DNA of 64,000 nucleotides from Auanema rhodensis (GCA_964057225.1 OZ059895.1:17670001-17734000), one strand, 5' to 3'; shown: positions 1 through 14,516, counted from the stretch's first letter. Numbers and translations are program-made. The notes: generated from the sequence alone by a model not told the origin.

Positions 1-759
1 GATGGATGGGCTGATATGTTCCGTTCAGAAATTCGGGAGAAAAATATTAAATACATCTGCCCTTCAAGGTACCTTTCTTTTATCTTTCAATTAATTAATT
101 TATGTATTTAGCGCATCAAGGCCAGTTACTCTAAACATGGGCATGAGTATGCCAGCTTGGTTTGATTTATTGGGATTAGACCCTTCAGCTAGAGAAGATG
201 ACGCAGGTATTGCTGCTGCTAATGATCTTGTTCATTCAATGATCAATGCTGAGGTTTACTTTTTTTTTAATTTTTTTGTGTTATAAACTTTATATGAAGG
301 TTGAAGCTGGAATTCCTTCTGAAAACATCATTCTTGGTGGATTTTCGATGGGTGGCGCTCTTGCCATTTTTTCTGGACTGACTTATCCAAAGAAGCTGGG
401 AGGAATTGTTGCATTGAGCTCTTTCTTGATTCAAAGAACCGTCTTGGCTTCCAAGGTTTCCTTTTATTTCAATCTTATTGGTAACGAGCTATTTTAGTGC
501 CAAGAAAGCAATAAACGCACTCCTATCTTCATGGGACATGGAGGATCTGACTTCCTTGTTTCACTCAAAATCGGAGAGACCTCAAAGGAGTTGCTCTCCA
601 ATATTAACTCCAATGTGAATTTCAAGGTATACCCTGGAATGGCTCACTCCAGCTGTCCTGAGGTATAAATTTAGAAAATTTATCCTCGTTATAAGTTATA
701 ACTCTTTATAGGAAATCAAGGATGTTAAGAACTTCATTAGAAGCAACGTTAATATATGA
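1..759 (+). CDS. ath-1: Acyl-protein thioesterase 1/2 (lysophospholipase-like), 5'-truncated by the window edge, 5 visible exons
   Basis: Exons ~1-68, 112-253, 299-454, 498-663 and 712-759 splice to ...[29 protein letters not shown]...GGFSMGG (GxSxG)...IFMGHGGSD...YPGMAHSS...*. AATAAA at 936-941. Confidence 0.9.
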
Positions 760-1167
760 CTATTTAGTCGACCAGGATCACGCAAATGTTCTTTACAGTA
801 GTTTAGTTCATTCTGAATTCCATTTGACATATTCTACATTTGAAATATGATTTACATTAAATTTATATTCGTATTGCTTATAAGAAGTTGTATTTTATCC
901 GTGTTGCAGAACATTTATAGCTTTACGTTTATTCCAATAAAGTTAGTAATAATTTTTTTATTCTTTAAAAAATTATAAAGCCTATTTTTGCAAAGATAAT
1001 CGTAATCAAACTATTTTTGATACATGATCTAAAAGTATTTGTTTGATGACACGTATGGCACATGCTGATTCGTTTTCTGTTGTATTTGCTTTCCAGCATG
1101 TATTTTACTAATTGTGGATAGTCTTCCTAATTTTTGCATTCTCATTCTAATTCTTCGCATTATTCTC

Positions 1168-3379
1168 ATGGTAAAACAAATTCATTTAAACTTCGAAAAG
1201 TGTCATCATGTCATCATCTTACAGAAGAAAACGTCATCAAATTCAGGATGTGGACGAGCTCTCCGATTCATATTCTTCGGATGTATAGCATTAGTAGTAA
1301 TAAAAACTATTTTGTAGGTATTCCAATGTTCAAGTTATCATAAATTCTTTGTTTGAAATAGTGTGTTGTTCAAAACAAATAGGAATATTAATCATATAAC
1401 CTAAACTTGAAACAGCATTTCAAGATTAGAATTTATATATATGAATATATTTTAATAGTTTTATAGATTTATTAAAGTTCAACAAGAGGGACATGTAAAC
1501 CGGTTTATTATCGATGATATCAGTCCATACACGTTACAACCAGAATTTGATATGAATAATATTACTGGATATCTAATAGACCAAATATCTTTGAATTGTG
1601 ATGGTATGAAACGCAAAGATCCCGGGTTTGATGAGATTCATCTTCAATTGATATATTTTTGTTTCAGTGCTTTATCTAATGCTACAACATATACTTATCC
1701 ATATAAAGCTTTAGAAAGTGAATTGTTCCAAGAAAAAGATCAGTATGTTTCATAGTTGGGAACCAGCTAATGACAAAGGTTCTTGTTTCAGATGTAGTAT
1801 GATCAAAAAGCTATTTCATTTTCGTACACGACCACTTTCCCAAGAAGAAGAAGAGTATCCTCTAGCTTATGGCTTACTTGTACATCGTAGACCTTCCCAG
1901 GTTTCAGATGAGTATACATTATGACCCTTTATATAATTTAAACTACAGGTATTATTCCAAGTTAGTGCATTCTATGAACCTCAAAACAAGTACTGCATAG
2001 CTGTCAGCGCTAATGCTAAGCCTCGTTTTCGGAATGTGATGAAAAGTTTAGAGAAATGTTTTCCTAATATCCATGTTTTGGTATGAAATTTATGATAAAA
2101 GCGTTATACCAGTGTTTTATGATTAAAGGATCGTCCAGAAATCCATTGGGGCAAGTTCGAAATTATTAATTCAACCTTTGCCTGCTTAGATTATCTCGTC
2201 AGAAATTCCAATAAACAATGGAAGTACTTTCAGGTAAATGCTAAAACAGGACTTTTGTGAAAATTGCATTATTTCAAAACAATTTTCAGTACTTAGCTGG
2301 TGTTGATGCTCCATTGAAAACCAACTTAGAGATGGTTCGTATATTCAAAGCTTTAAACAACAGTGTTAATGCCGAAATCAAATACTTCCAACCTGGGCGT
2401 CTGCTCGGTAAAAAGGTTTCCATTTTTGGATATATAAGATGAAAACACTATCAGTTATTAAAGATTGAAGATGCTCCGATCAGGTTATGGAAATCATCAT
2501 TATCTGCTCTCATTCCATACCCAACTGCTGAATATATTGTAAATTCTCCAATGTCTGAAAAAGTTTTGGAATACATTTCTGGAACATATGTGCCGGATGA
2601 AAGCTACTGGGGATCGATGACAGGAAATCCTGAGGGTTGGAAAGCGTCTCACATCTCTGGAGAATGCTATAATTCTTTATGTTTTACAGTTCTGCCAGTT
2701 CCCGGCTCTATAAATTTTTCTGAATGGTTGCGATTTCTCAAAAAAAGAAAATCTGAATTAAAAAAACTTCGAACAGATACTGAAGTGGATGTAAGCGATT
2801 GCTGTTATTCACGCAGCTTTTCTTTTACATTTATCCCAATTATATCTCTGTTATTAAATTGAAATGCCTTTTAGGGACGAATGAGATCTTATCTATCTCG
2901 ATACCAAATTTGGAATGAAAACTGTGAAGGTTGATGACAAGGTTCGAAAGAATAAAAAACACTTTTGACTATTTATAGGCAAGCTGATATCAGGTTCGTG
3001 TGTCTTTGGATCTGGACACCTTGCTCGTTTAATGGTACAGCCACAACTTGTAGCTCATAAGTTCAACATTGAATATCACCCAGCAGCTTATTTTTGCGTG
3101 CTAAAAGTAATAGATCATTTTAATTATTCTCTCATCAGCTCCTTGACATATTTAACAATTTTCCAAACTGTGTCACTCTTGCTCTCAATTTTTGCATAGT
3201 TTTTCAGAATGTTACAATTCAATCGACATTACATATTAGTTTTATTGCAGGAAATCCGATATCGTAGTTTTCATCCAGATAGTACATTTGATGTTAAGAA
3301 GTATGAGATGTTACCGCAAGTTGAACTACTAAAAGGAATTCCATATGAGAATTTATCACATCCTGAATGGATGCTCTAA
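1168..3379 (+). CDS. Core-2/I-branching beta-1,6-GlcNAc transferase family (GT14) protein, multi-exon; start approximate
   Basis: Type II TM segment (RFIFFGCIALVVIK) and motifs EEEEYPLAYGLLV, YEPQNKYCIAV, GVDAPLKTNLEMVRIFK, PDESYWGSM, SCVFG, LVAHKF. Ends HPEWML* at 3379. Confidence 0.88.
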
Positions 3380-6300
3380 TAGTTGTGTAAATCAGAATTA
3401 CGGGTTAATATTAGGCTTTAGTTAGTATTTTATTAAGAAAAATATCGAATATACATATCTATACATGTATAATAGTTATAGAAATATTGTTTTAATTGGA
3501 AATTTTTAAAATAAAGAAATATATATGTATATGGTATACGAATTTTTATATTTAATATTTAATTTCTTAATTATTCTATAAAAATTAAATAGAATAATTT
3601 CAAATTTTCTTTTGAAACTGTTTCAATTTCTTCATCGCTGTTGAACGAGGAAGCGCACATGTGATTTGTAGTTTGTTCCTCGTTATTGAACCATTTAGTT
3701 CAACGTTAAAGTCATTGATGAGTAAGAAGATACTGCTGAAGTTGGAGATCAGACAGCTATCAGCTTTCAACGACATCATCCGATCGGCCACTTGATGTAA
3801 TTTAAGACGGAGCAAATTCCGAAAGAGTGCTAGGCCACACACCTATGTATGTTCGTCAGTACCGTCCGTGCTTCATTGACTTGTCGTCAGATGCTGATTG
3901 TTATATAAAGCTGTTCCTCGTTTGGTTGAAGCTTATGTGTATGATGCGACCGAAAAAAAAAACCAATGTAGCTCATATAGTTCGAGTAATTTCTGATCTG
4001 AATCACCAGATGTGAGATTCCAGTCGTAACAAGCTTACATAAAGTTGATTAAGGCGGGACAGCCGATTAAGAGAAATCCTATGGAATTGTTGGAATGTCA
4101 GATATGTCATGATTCAGAACAATCTTTGTTTTATTGAAATGTAAGTTTTAGAATGGGTTAATGCTATAAAGTTATATTGTTTATGCAAAAACATCATCAT
4201 TCATAACCGTAAGCATGTTGAAAACTAGTTGTACGAACCAAAACACATCTGATTTCGAATTTTGGTGACAATATTCATGAAAAAACAAGTCAAGATTGAC
4301 ATGCCAACTTGTGCCAGCATATGATCTATTACCAGTTGATATAGAGTAATGACAAAATGTAAAGCACGTCGACAAAATGAGAAGAAAATATATAAAGGAT
4401 GGAAGAGAAATGAGAGAAAACGAGAGATGAGAGACGGAATAAGTTAATAGTTGAAAGGGAGAACGGAAAAGTGCATGAATATGAACGAGAGCTGTTGGAA
4501 GAGAGAAGAAGGTGGACAAGGTAGCAAGTAGCAACTCTACCACTCTAGAAAAATCATCTCAAACGCCCATGTGTTAAACTACTAGAACAACACCGTCATT
4601 GGCTACTACTATGATGTTATTACTGATACATGTGCTAGTGTGACGATGATGAATATTGCCATCCACCACTCAAATACTGTCATTATTAGGACCGTTTTCA
4701 CTGGTCATGATATTCTCATGTTTTTCTTAATTTCTAATCAAGAACGTTTGATCTTCCATACTATACACAAATTGCAGCTCACCATTGAACTTTTAGATAA
4801 AAAGGAGAGTGGTTGAGAGGAGAGGTCAGTACTGATCGATACATATAGTAAGAGAAAAAGAAAAATTAAACAAGTTTTTCGTTTTCTACCATCTAAAAGC
4901 TAAGGCGGTATTTTGTGCATCTGCTTTTGTTTACGATAATTTTTGGATTCTTCGTTTACAATAGTTGCACTAATCTAATCCATTCGCTTATGTCTGTCTT
5001 GCAGCTATCCGACCCTATCTCTTCCTCTCTATCCAATTCTCTGTATATACAAATAATAGTTTAGATTAGTATATAGACGTTAGAATTCTATTAGAGTTGA
5101 TAAAATAAAAAAAAGTAAATTTATCTATCTTTCTTATTTTTGTCGCCAATTTTCATAAGCTTTGTGCGAGAACGTTGGTTGTAGTTAACTTACTCATCAT
5201 AATATAAGCCACTTTTCTTAACTCATTCTCGTAATCTTTCGTCTTTTTATACTTATTTCAATCGTTAATTTACAGAGAAACTGCTAATCATGCCTACTTC
5301 AACTACTTGTTTAGTAAAATTTTAATTTTTGCTTAGCTTTTGAACTTTTTTATTGGAAATAATCTGTGAACGCATATACATCTTGTGTGTAAGCTATGCT
5401 CGATCACCAAGTTCTTTAAGCTGAACAGATTTCAGCACATCATTATGTCAACTCATATGATGTATAATGAAATCTGTGAAAAGAAGAAGAAAGCGGAAAC
5501 AAAAAAATTAAAAAAAACAACGAAAAATAAAAAATAGAAAGTAAAGTTTTAAACATGCTTGTTGGTATTTGCAGCATTATAAATTCAAATTATGAAACTT
5601 TATCAACGTATATAGTATGTAACACAAGTATATATTATTATATTATTAAGTATTTTATATCTAAAAAATTATACTATGCTAATAGTATATAGTTCATAAT
5701 TTGTTTTGTTATATACATATGTATTAACTATTTTTCATTTGAATTTTCCACTACTATCATATGCCATATAATATGTTATTATATGGCTTATATCATATTT
5801 TATCAGTACGTATTGAGGATTACTAGATACAGACCCGAGGTACATACCGATTCAATAAGCAAAGTATTTTTTTTCTTTATATTTAATGTTATTTGTTCTA
5901 TATATTACATATATTCATGTGTATATATGGTGTATAAAGATATTTTTTTATATATAATATTCATGTATTCATCTATCCTTTAGTAGGTAACTCCATTTCA
6001 TTTGCCTTTTTTACCGTCATGTCGTCTCCATGTTCCAACTAAGAAAATGAAGAATATATGTGAGGGACAGAGAGAGAGATAGAGAGAGAGAGGGAAAGAA
6101 AAAACAAGAGTGAGAGAGAGAGAATGAGAGAGGGAGCGTAAAATGATGGTAAGAGAGAAAAGATGAAGCAAATATGTTTTTTTTTTGCATCTCCTAGCTT
6201 TTGTTTCTCTGACGCTATAAAAGTATTTTTGAATGAAAAAAACATTATAAATGTATGCATCATCATCTAAGCTTTATTGTACTTTTTCATGTTGCATTTT

Positions 6301-6797
6301 TGTTTTAACTTTCAACTTTTCTTTCTTATTCACAAATCTCTTCCTCGTTTCGAATCTTTTTTTCTTGTTTTCTTTATTTCAAACTTATATGATATTTCTT
6401 AAATTTTTTTCAAACTTATTCAACTATATCTACATATATACATTTAACTATATATATTTCAGATTAATTAAATTATTATTATATAATTGGAAATATACCA
6501 GAGATTTAAAAAAAATAGGAACAGCTGTAGGATTTAGAGCTATTACATCTGTTATTGTTACTTTGTTCTTCATCAAAAAATTAAAAAAAGAGAAAGAATA
6601 GAGTAACAGATCTACTAGTGCGTGCAGAGAGTGAGTAAGATAGAATTGAAGAGAATAAATCCAGAAAGAAATAGACAAGATATAGCTGAATTTGAAAAGT
6701 TGAATTAAGTAATTATCAAATATCATTTTCAAAAGAAAAAAAATGTTATTCTTATAGATTATTTTGATTTGATCGAGTACACACATTCTGTGAACAA

Positions 6798-7775
6798 ATG
6801 GCGTGGAATAGCCGAATGATTGTTCGAGTACGTTGTCGAGTATTTAATAAACTATAAGTACATAGTTAAATATGATATTTAAAGTTTCAAATAAGTTTTT
6901 GAAGAAGAATTTCAAAGAAATTATGTTTAATTTTCTTAATATAACGTTGATCTTTTCCTTTATCAATAAATCGTCTATACATTTTAGGTGTCAAAACCTC
7001 AAGGAGTGATTGCTTCTCGTGTTCTTATAGTCTGTATTTATGTTTTTCTTGTTTCCATGGCATATATTCTCTTGCTGCCCATCTTTAGGTTTTTAAACAC
7101 ATTTTTCAACTTATTGTATATGAGTAAGAATTTTTTAGGGAAGGATTGCAAAACTTAGATATTCGAAGACTCAAAAATCGGTTTGAAAACGGTCATATAA
7201 TTCTAGAAGTAAATCAACCGGAAACTATTTATGATGAAGATCACGAATTTGGAGAAGAATCAGAAGTTGAGGAAGATATACTATCAAATCTGGATATTGA
7301 TTGTGATCCAGTAATATCAAGAGTAAAAATTAATTCTAGGTAAAGGATTATTGTAAAAGTTCTATAACTTCATAATAGATTCCGTTTTCTTATTGTTCAC
7401 ATCATAATCTTGAGTATCAAACGTATATCAAGCATTACTAAACGTCTTAGGATTTGTTTTATATATTGTATTCAACTTTTAGCACATATCGTAATCTGGA
7501 ACGATGGAGTTTTGATGATAATACTGTGATAAAAAGAATATTAGATTCACCCGATAGGTAAGATTATTTCCACTTCATTTTTATTTTAAACCCATCTACT
7601 AAATAATGACGTCGTCATAGCAATTCTCAAAAAAAAAATTAAATTTGCAGATGTCAAACAATTCGAAATCTTTTTTCATTTCCCGTCGAGCCTTTAACGG
7701 ATGAAGAAAAAAACTATCCATTAGCTTATGGCATTCTTGTATATCGAAATTTCGTACAGGTTAGTTCTATATGAA

Positions 7776-7838
<63 letters not shown>

Positions 7839-9444
7839 AATAAAAAAACAAGACAGTAGTAACGGTTAGTAATCATCAAACAGATGAAGAAGTATCATAT
7901 ACATAGCATGTACGGATTTCTACATCTGCGTTTGAAGAAAACAATGATTCAATAGTCTCTGGTCTTATTGTTCTTTCTAATCTTTCAATGTTCATATAAA
8001 AAAAAATAAAAAAATTTTAACAAAAAAATGAATATTTTACAAGATTACATACATCTGAATTTTAGGTTTTATTCATGTTAAGTTCTTTCTATCAACCTCA
8101 AAATCATTACTGTATAGCTGTTAGTGGATCAGCAACACGAGAATTTAAAACACTTATACAACTTACTACAGATTGTTTTGATAATGTGTATATAATGGTA
8201 ATGAATTATAATAGAAATTCTAATAAAAAATTATATGCTCTTCAGAAACGGCCTTCAATAGTTTGGGGAGGCTTTGAGATTATAAATTCAACATATCGAT
8301 GTATGGAATCTTTAACTATACGATCAAATTGGAAATATTTTCAAGTAAAATATTATTTTTATTGCAAATTATAACTAAAATCATGTATATATTAAAGTAT
8401 TTGTCCGGTGTTGATGTTCCATTGAAAACGAATCTGGAGACTGTCCGGATTTTGAAACAATGGAATAACACAGCAAATGTAGAATTTATTCCATTTCAAC
8501 TCCAACGTTTACGACAGAAAAAAGTAAACTTATCTTCAAATTCTACAACAATTATTGATTATTTGTAATTTTAAGGCTGAATCAAGCCCATTGCCTTTAT
8601 ACAAAGCTTCACTATCTGCTGTTATTCCACGTGATGCTGCTGAGTACTTGATTCAGTCGCCAACCACTATTAAGTTACTCACCTTTTTACATGGAACTGG
8701 AATACCAGATGAAAGTTTCTGGGGAACTCTGTTCGGAAACAAAAATTGTGAGATAAGAGTTTGGGATTGACATGTCATCTGACCATTTTCAGTGTTCAAC
8801 GTGCCAGGTAGCTTGGAAGCAGAGGAATTTTTATTAGCTCAATCTAATGTAACACGATCACCAATGGACGTTGCTAATCCGGTACAATAATTTAAGAAAT
8901 ATAGAGATAAAAAGGGAGAAAAAGAGAGAAAGAGAAAGAAAAAAGGAAGATGATGATGCTTAACATATATTTCCAGAATTATATGACATACTATCTATCT
9001 CGTTATCAAGTTTGGGCTTCTTCAATATTTTGCAGAGGTAGGTAAACAGGTTCCATCACACTTATTTCATTCACTTTCTATGCTGCATCTTATCTGAATC
9101 ATTAGTAGTTCTTCTTATTTCATATGTTTTAAGGAAAGTATTCTTCTGGATCATGCGTATACGGCGTTCATGATGTTCCACATCTCTTGAAGAAGCCACA
9201 TCTTGTTGCCCATAAACTCTACATGAACTTCCAACCAGCAGCATATTTTTGTATTCTCAAAGTACATTATCCAATTAATTTTTGTAAATTATTACTTTTT
9301 GTTCATATTCAGGAAATACGTCGTCGATCCTTAAACTTTATCACAGACACAGGGCGGTTCAAATATTCTGAATCTCCGTTGGTTGAGCTTAAAGCAGGAA
9401 GGAGCTATGAAGATTTAACTCATCCCGAATGGCTGTTAAAATAA
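6798..9444 (+). CDS. Second core-2/I-branching (GT14) glycosyltransferase paralog, multi-exon
   Basis: MAWNSRMIVR|VSKPQ...TM segment, then EEKNYPLAYGILV, YQPQNHYCIAV, GVDVPLKTNLETVRILK, PDESFWGTL, SCVYG, LVAHKL. Ends HPEWLLK*. Exon layout parallels the first paralog. Confidence 0.88.
7781..7834. repeat. (TA)n microsatellite, intronic
   Basis: Direct reading. Confidence 0.95.
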
Positions 9445-10930
9445 TTTCTCTTTTTCTCTAAAAAATATATCATTTAACATCATGTAAAATAGTATGTTAT
9501 TTTCAAAATGCGCTAACTTGTTACTTATATTACATTTCTGATTGCTCAAATTTTTCGAAAAAAAAAACAAACTTTGTTTGTCCTTAGTTGTTATCTTTGT
9601 ATCCTTCTATCCATTGGTCCTTATATGTATAATAGGTACATGTGTTTTGTGACTTTTTCATTACAAAATCTAATTTATGTTGTTTGTATTATATATATAT
9701 TTGCTAAATAGCTTTATATTTGTGTTTCTCAGAGTTGTTTTCAATTCATACGTTGTATTCGCCTTTTTTTGAGTTTTTTTTTGTTTGACATGTCACTCGT
9801 TGTCGCTCTCTTTCTCTTTTTCTTCCGCTCTTTCTTTCACATCTTTCTAACTTGTCTTTTACTCTTCATCTCAGCATGAAGTTTTGTTCATGTCTCAACA
9901 TGCTACATCCGGTTCGGATCATCTATAAAGTTTGTTCGTCATCAAAACGTTCTGATTAATATCTTAAGTTTGAGGCGCGAAAACTTACAGCATTTTTTTG
10001 TAATTCCTCCATATCTTTTTTTAAAATCGAAATGTTCACAATCTGTTTCAAAACAAGCGTTTTTCTTGTACTTTAGTAGTTACCGAGAATAGTCATGACC
10101 TCTCTTCTTTAGGTTTTTTCTATTTTTTTATTTTGGTGACAATGCCGACTAAGTCCCATATAGCACATCAGTCTGAATCAGAAACTGGATCAAAATGGGC
10201 AGCCGTGTCTGCTGTATACTCGTCGGTCGGCATACAAGAAACGGACATGTATCAACAACCGTTAGTTGTATCTACCACATATTCAGAATGAATTCAGATA
10301 TGTGTTGGGCCTCAGGAACGATACCCATATCACAGCAGGAGGTACTGAAGTTATGTGTAGACGTAAAGTAGACGTCATATAGCTTTTTTGAGGTCAGAAA
10401 ACGAAATATTTATAGTATTTCCGTGCGGAATCGTTTGATAGATACAAAAATACATGACAATTCATCGACCAAGTATGATAGAGAGAGAGAAAGAAAGAGA
10501 GAAAAAAGAAAGAGGGGAAGATGTTGCCAGTGGTGGTGATGGTATCCTAAAGAAATAAATACATTGCTAAATATATATATGTATATATAAATGTGTAGAA
10601 AGGTATTCGTTAATTATAAGAATAACAGTAAGTTGATGAAAACGTAAAGACACAAGAGAAGAAGAAAAACTATCACAAAGCCATTTGCACAAATGTTTCG
10701 GAAGCAAATAGGTTTATATTCTTCTATGTAACACAGAATAAAGAAAACACAGGACCCGTTCTGTACGAAAAAATAAAATGAGAAAATAGCTCTGAGTATG
10801 GAAGAATAGCTTTAGATTTCAGTCCAATCAGTAATGGGCACACAGATGAAATTTTAACTTTGGTACAAGCTCACAGACAAATTACATTAAAAACTAATGG
10901 ACTATATAGATGAATATCAGTAATAGCCTA

Positions 10931-11381
10931 TCAATTACAAGTTGAAACCCATTTGTGTTGAAGACAATCTTTGCATACGAGCTTACAACACCACACGAAT
11001 TGACATTCGCATTTATGATGAACCACCTCATGCTTGATCTGAAAATATGAAGAGTTAGATAAGTCTGACTCATAAATCGAAAAGCATACGCTGAAGCCTC
11101 GTCCACAGCATAAACGATTACAGTCTCCTTGACTATGAGTTTGATTTCTCCAAGCACAAACACGCGGAATGCTATTCTTTTTCTGACAATGATCGGGGGA
11201 CGATTCTAGATAGAGTAAATCTGCATTTTTAGCTTCTTTTCCAGGAGAATACAGTGATGCACGAACATATCTGAAGCATGGAGTTAGCAAAATTTTTTAT
11301 TTAGATAACAAGGTTATATAGATAACAAAAACAAGTAAAATATGGTTTCTTCAGCATTTAATTTTTGCATTCTTCACCATG

Positions 11382-11451
<70 letters not shown>

Positions 11452-13690
11452 ATTCTGTGATACTGAATAATTTAAAAACCAAAATATCTTAAGCTATAAA
11501 AAACAAATATTAAATTTGAAAATCTCACTTGTTAACCAAATATTCTGTGATATGTTCCAATGTTGCTGTCTTCTTCCAGCATGTTTTTTGCTGACAAGAA
11601 CCTGATACGCCATGACATTTACATGATGCTATTAAAGTTTTCTTAACAGCCTGAAACAATTGTTATTTTTAGGAAAAAAAGATAAAACAGATGACTTCAA
11701 TACGCTTTTTTCGGATAATATCATCTGGTACTAATCATTCTATACTTCTAAATTTTTAAACGGATGCAATGGTATAATAATGTATGAATCAGAAACTACG
11801 GGAAGTAAGCGAGAAAAGCGACGATGAAATGCACATCAGATGACCATAACAGCTAATTTTGCTATTAAATTTGATATCGAAAGGATATAAAATAATGATA
11901 GGTTCAGAAAATTAATGTTAAAGAAAGTGATAAAAGGAACAAATAAAGGAATACGAACCAGTCGTCCGGCCTTCAGGTTATGTTTCTCAATAAGCCGCAA
12001 CGGACTACGGGATACTGTAGTTTTCGTCAGCAATTTTCGGCTCATCGTGATGCCGTGTTGAACACCAAACGAACATCTGAAAACGATTTTGTCATGAATC
12101 TATAATAGCAATTAAGTTGTCTTTGAATGAACGAATAGCTATGGTCGTTTTTTTTGGAATCAGATCTTTGGAGTATTTCACTCTGAATGTTCATTTGTGA
12201 TGGAAGATTGTAAAATGTTTTTATAATCTTTCAAATTGTTCACCCTCCGGATTCCCAATTTGATTGTTCGTTGTTAGATACACTAGAGGGTGCACATGCA
12301 CAATCAGGTATCCATCCTTGAGCACATGCTGTAGCAACTCCCCATGCTGTCCCAGCTGATGATAATGCCCATATTAAAGCTGATTCTCGAAAACCTGAGC
12401 AAATTGTAGTTTAGTTTATAACAATCAATAAAATCATACCATTCTTTAAAATTGGTGGATCATGCATAATGTTTCCAGCATCTGCACAATCCCAGGGCTG
12501 AAATCTGAAAACCAAATTCATTCCAGGTTACACATTATGTTTCAATACCTCATTCGTTCTCGACATTGAGCAAGTACATCTTCAACACCTTCAAAAGCTG
12601 CTACCACAGTACCAGGCTGTTGATGACAAGCAACTTGAACAGCTCGCAAAGCTTTTGAATGCAATAAATCTTGAGGGCATCCCTATGAGATATGAGAATA
12701 CAAATTTAATTCAGAACTATCAAAAGAAAGACTCCAAGAAAAGCCTCAATGAGCTTAGAAGTTTGTATGAGTTTGAATTTCCTGTGGACATGTACATATT
12801 AGCTATTTTGTGCATTATTTTCATGTTCTTTTGCTTGATATGGATAATAGAATCTAGTATACATGTCCTTTTCATACGACATTTCTCTGATTTTCGTTAG
12901 ATGCAGTTTGGATGGTGTATAAGAAATCTATGTGAGTCAGCATAAATTCCATACATTAGATGAGTTTTGAGTAAGAAGGAATAAAATGGTCACAAGAAAT
13001 TCATAGAAGGACATTGATGTAGAAAATTCGAATAGTTATCGAGAGAATACTACGTAACGAGGGAGTGAAAGAGAGTGAGAGATGAGGATGGGGGGGGGTT
13101 GGAGAGAAATATAGATTGTAAAAACGAGAGAACAAGATAGGTAGAGATGGGTGGTATAGAAATAATGCAAAAAATAGAAACGAGGGAATACAGAGGAATG
13201 AACCTAAGTGGATTCTTCTTCTTCTTCATCCCCCCCCCCCTTCTCCGTATGCTAACCATCTATCTTCATTTCGAAGTCTTTTAGTTTTGCGTATAGTTTT
13301 ATGACAGATGTGACGCGCCTATATTGAGCAATTAAATGATAGTAAAGGGTGATGAAAAACAGGGACAGAAGTCTAGTATAGGAAATAGATAGACATGAAA
13401 TTATTTGACGATGACATCAAAATCATTTTAATATATTTCATGGGCATTTGAATGAAAGACAAGGATGTTTGTATCTTGCATATCATTCATGCAGTTTAAT
13501 CAAGTCTAACTTTCTTAGTTTTCAAAAATCGAACCTGTGTGAGCTTAATTGGAGGAAGAGCCGGTTGCAGCTGAGAGGCTGAAGTTCCAATAACACAGCT
13601 TGGTAATAAAATTAATATGAATACAATTGGAGCTGTTACTAGTGCAAAATAGCTGTTCCTCTTTATTTCAAGCCGGAAAAAATCGAACAT
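10931..13690 (-). CDS. lin-44: Wnt ligand of the nematode LIN-44 type, multi-exon
   Basis: Signal-peptide exon from 13690, with a TTTCAG acceptor-like site just before the ATG. Then [49 protein letters not shown] (Wnt acylation motif), [16 protein letters not shown] and [13 protein letters not shown]...STCN*. The [14 protein letters not shown] and RVCAWRN segments match LIN-44 as recalled. Confidence 0.88.
11385..11444. repeat. (CT)n microsatellite in a Wnt intron
   Basis: Direct reading. Confidence 0.95.
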
Positions 13691-14444
13691 TCTGAAATGA
13701 AAATAGCGTCAAGGAGTTATTAATAGGGTTATGGACAGGAAATGAATAAAGAAAACCAAATGTGATACAGCGAGAATTCCCGCAGCCTAAAGGACAATCG
13801 TCTGACTATGCAAAGGTTTCAAGGGGCGGAGAGAAACTCATACCATACTCCACCTCCATCTCTTCTTTCCATTTCAACCTGTTCTCAGTATTGCAATGTT
13901 AAATGGTACGGTAATCAATAGATATTTTTCTTATTATTGTCAAAACTTAAAAGCAACTTCAAAAATTAGTTTTGAAAATAGCAGAAAATGGCTTATTTTT
14001 CTATCTATACACTATATTTTTGACTTTTATTTTACTTCTCAGAAAACACTGCAGCTATCATACTTAACGAATATAGCCATGTTAGATGATAACTGATCAT
14101 AACAAGATGTGAAATATTTATGCAACTTCGTCAAGACTTGTACTTCACCCTATTAGTGTCATGCCGAAGCGAGACGGCCAGAGACAATAGAAGGCACATT
14201 CAACATTACTGAGTCGTTTTTTGCATGACGAACATACCCGATATGGGATACGTTCACGCGCCCTTATAATATTCAAGTTAAAACATTCCTTGAATTCTTC
14301 GGGAATCACTTGCTAGAGCTCTGGTGCCAATCCTCGTGAAACAACGTCAAGGCAGTATTGTGTGAGTCAAGAAGTTGTGAGCTTGACCAGAATGTTTTCT
14401 ACGTGTTGCTTCTCCAAAATATGATCTTCTGAGATGCCAAAACA

Positions 14445-14516
14445 TGCCTCCAGGCGGGATTGAACCACCGACCTTTGGTTTACAAGACCAACGCTCTGCC
14501 ACTGAGCTATAGAGGC
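14445..14516 (-). tRNA. tRNA-Thr(TGT), first of 26 copies
   Basis: Reverse complement GCCTCTATAGCTCAGTGGCAGAGCG TTGGT-CTTGTAA-ACCAA AGGTC GGTGG-TTCAATC-CCGCC TGGAGGCA folds as a cloverleaf, with a T4 terminator. Other copies have left coordinates 15379, 16505, 17439, 18373, 19499, 20625, 22327, 23645, 24771, 25705, 26831, 28149, 29083, 30208, 31910, 33420, 34354, 35479, 37565, 39075, 40009, 46935, 49021, 50296, 51614. Confidence 0.95.

Noticed and set aside
3600-6786. Hydrophobic or low-complexity ORFs between the GT14 genes, and similar ones at 53995-54306 and 60149-61950
   Set aside because: They arise from AT-rich and (GA/CT)n tracts, with no recognisable motifs or exon structure.
13444-13492. 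Hairpin containing the miR-71-like start TGAAAGACA
   Set aside because: The stem is too short for a pre-miRNA and the sequence departs from miR-71 after 9 nt.
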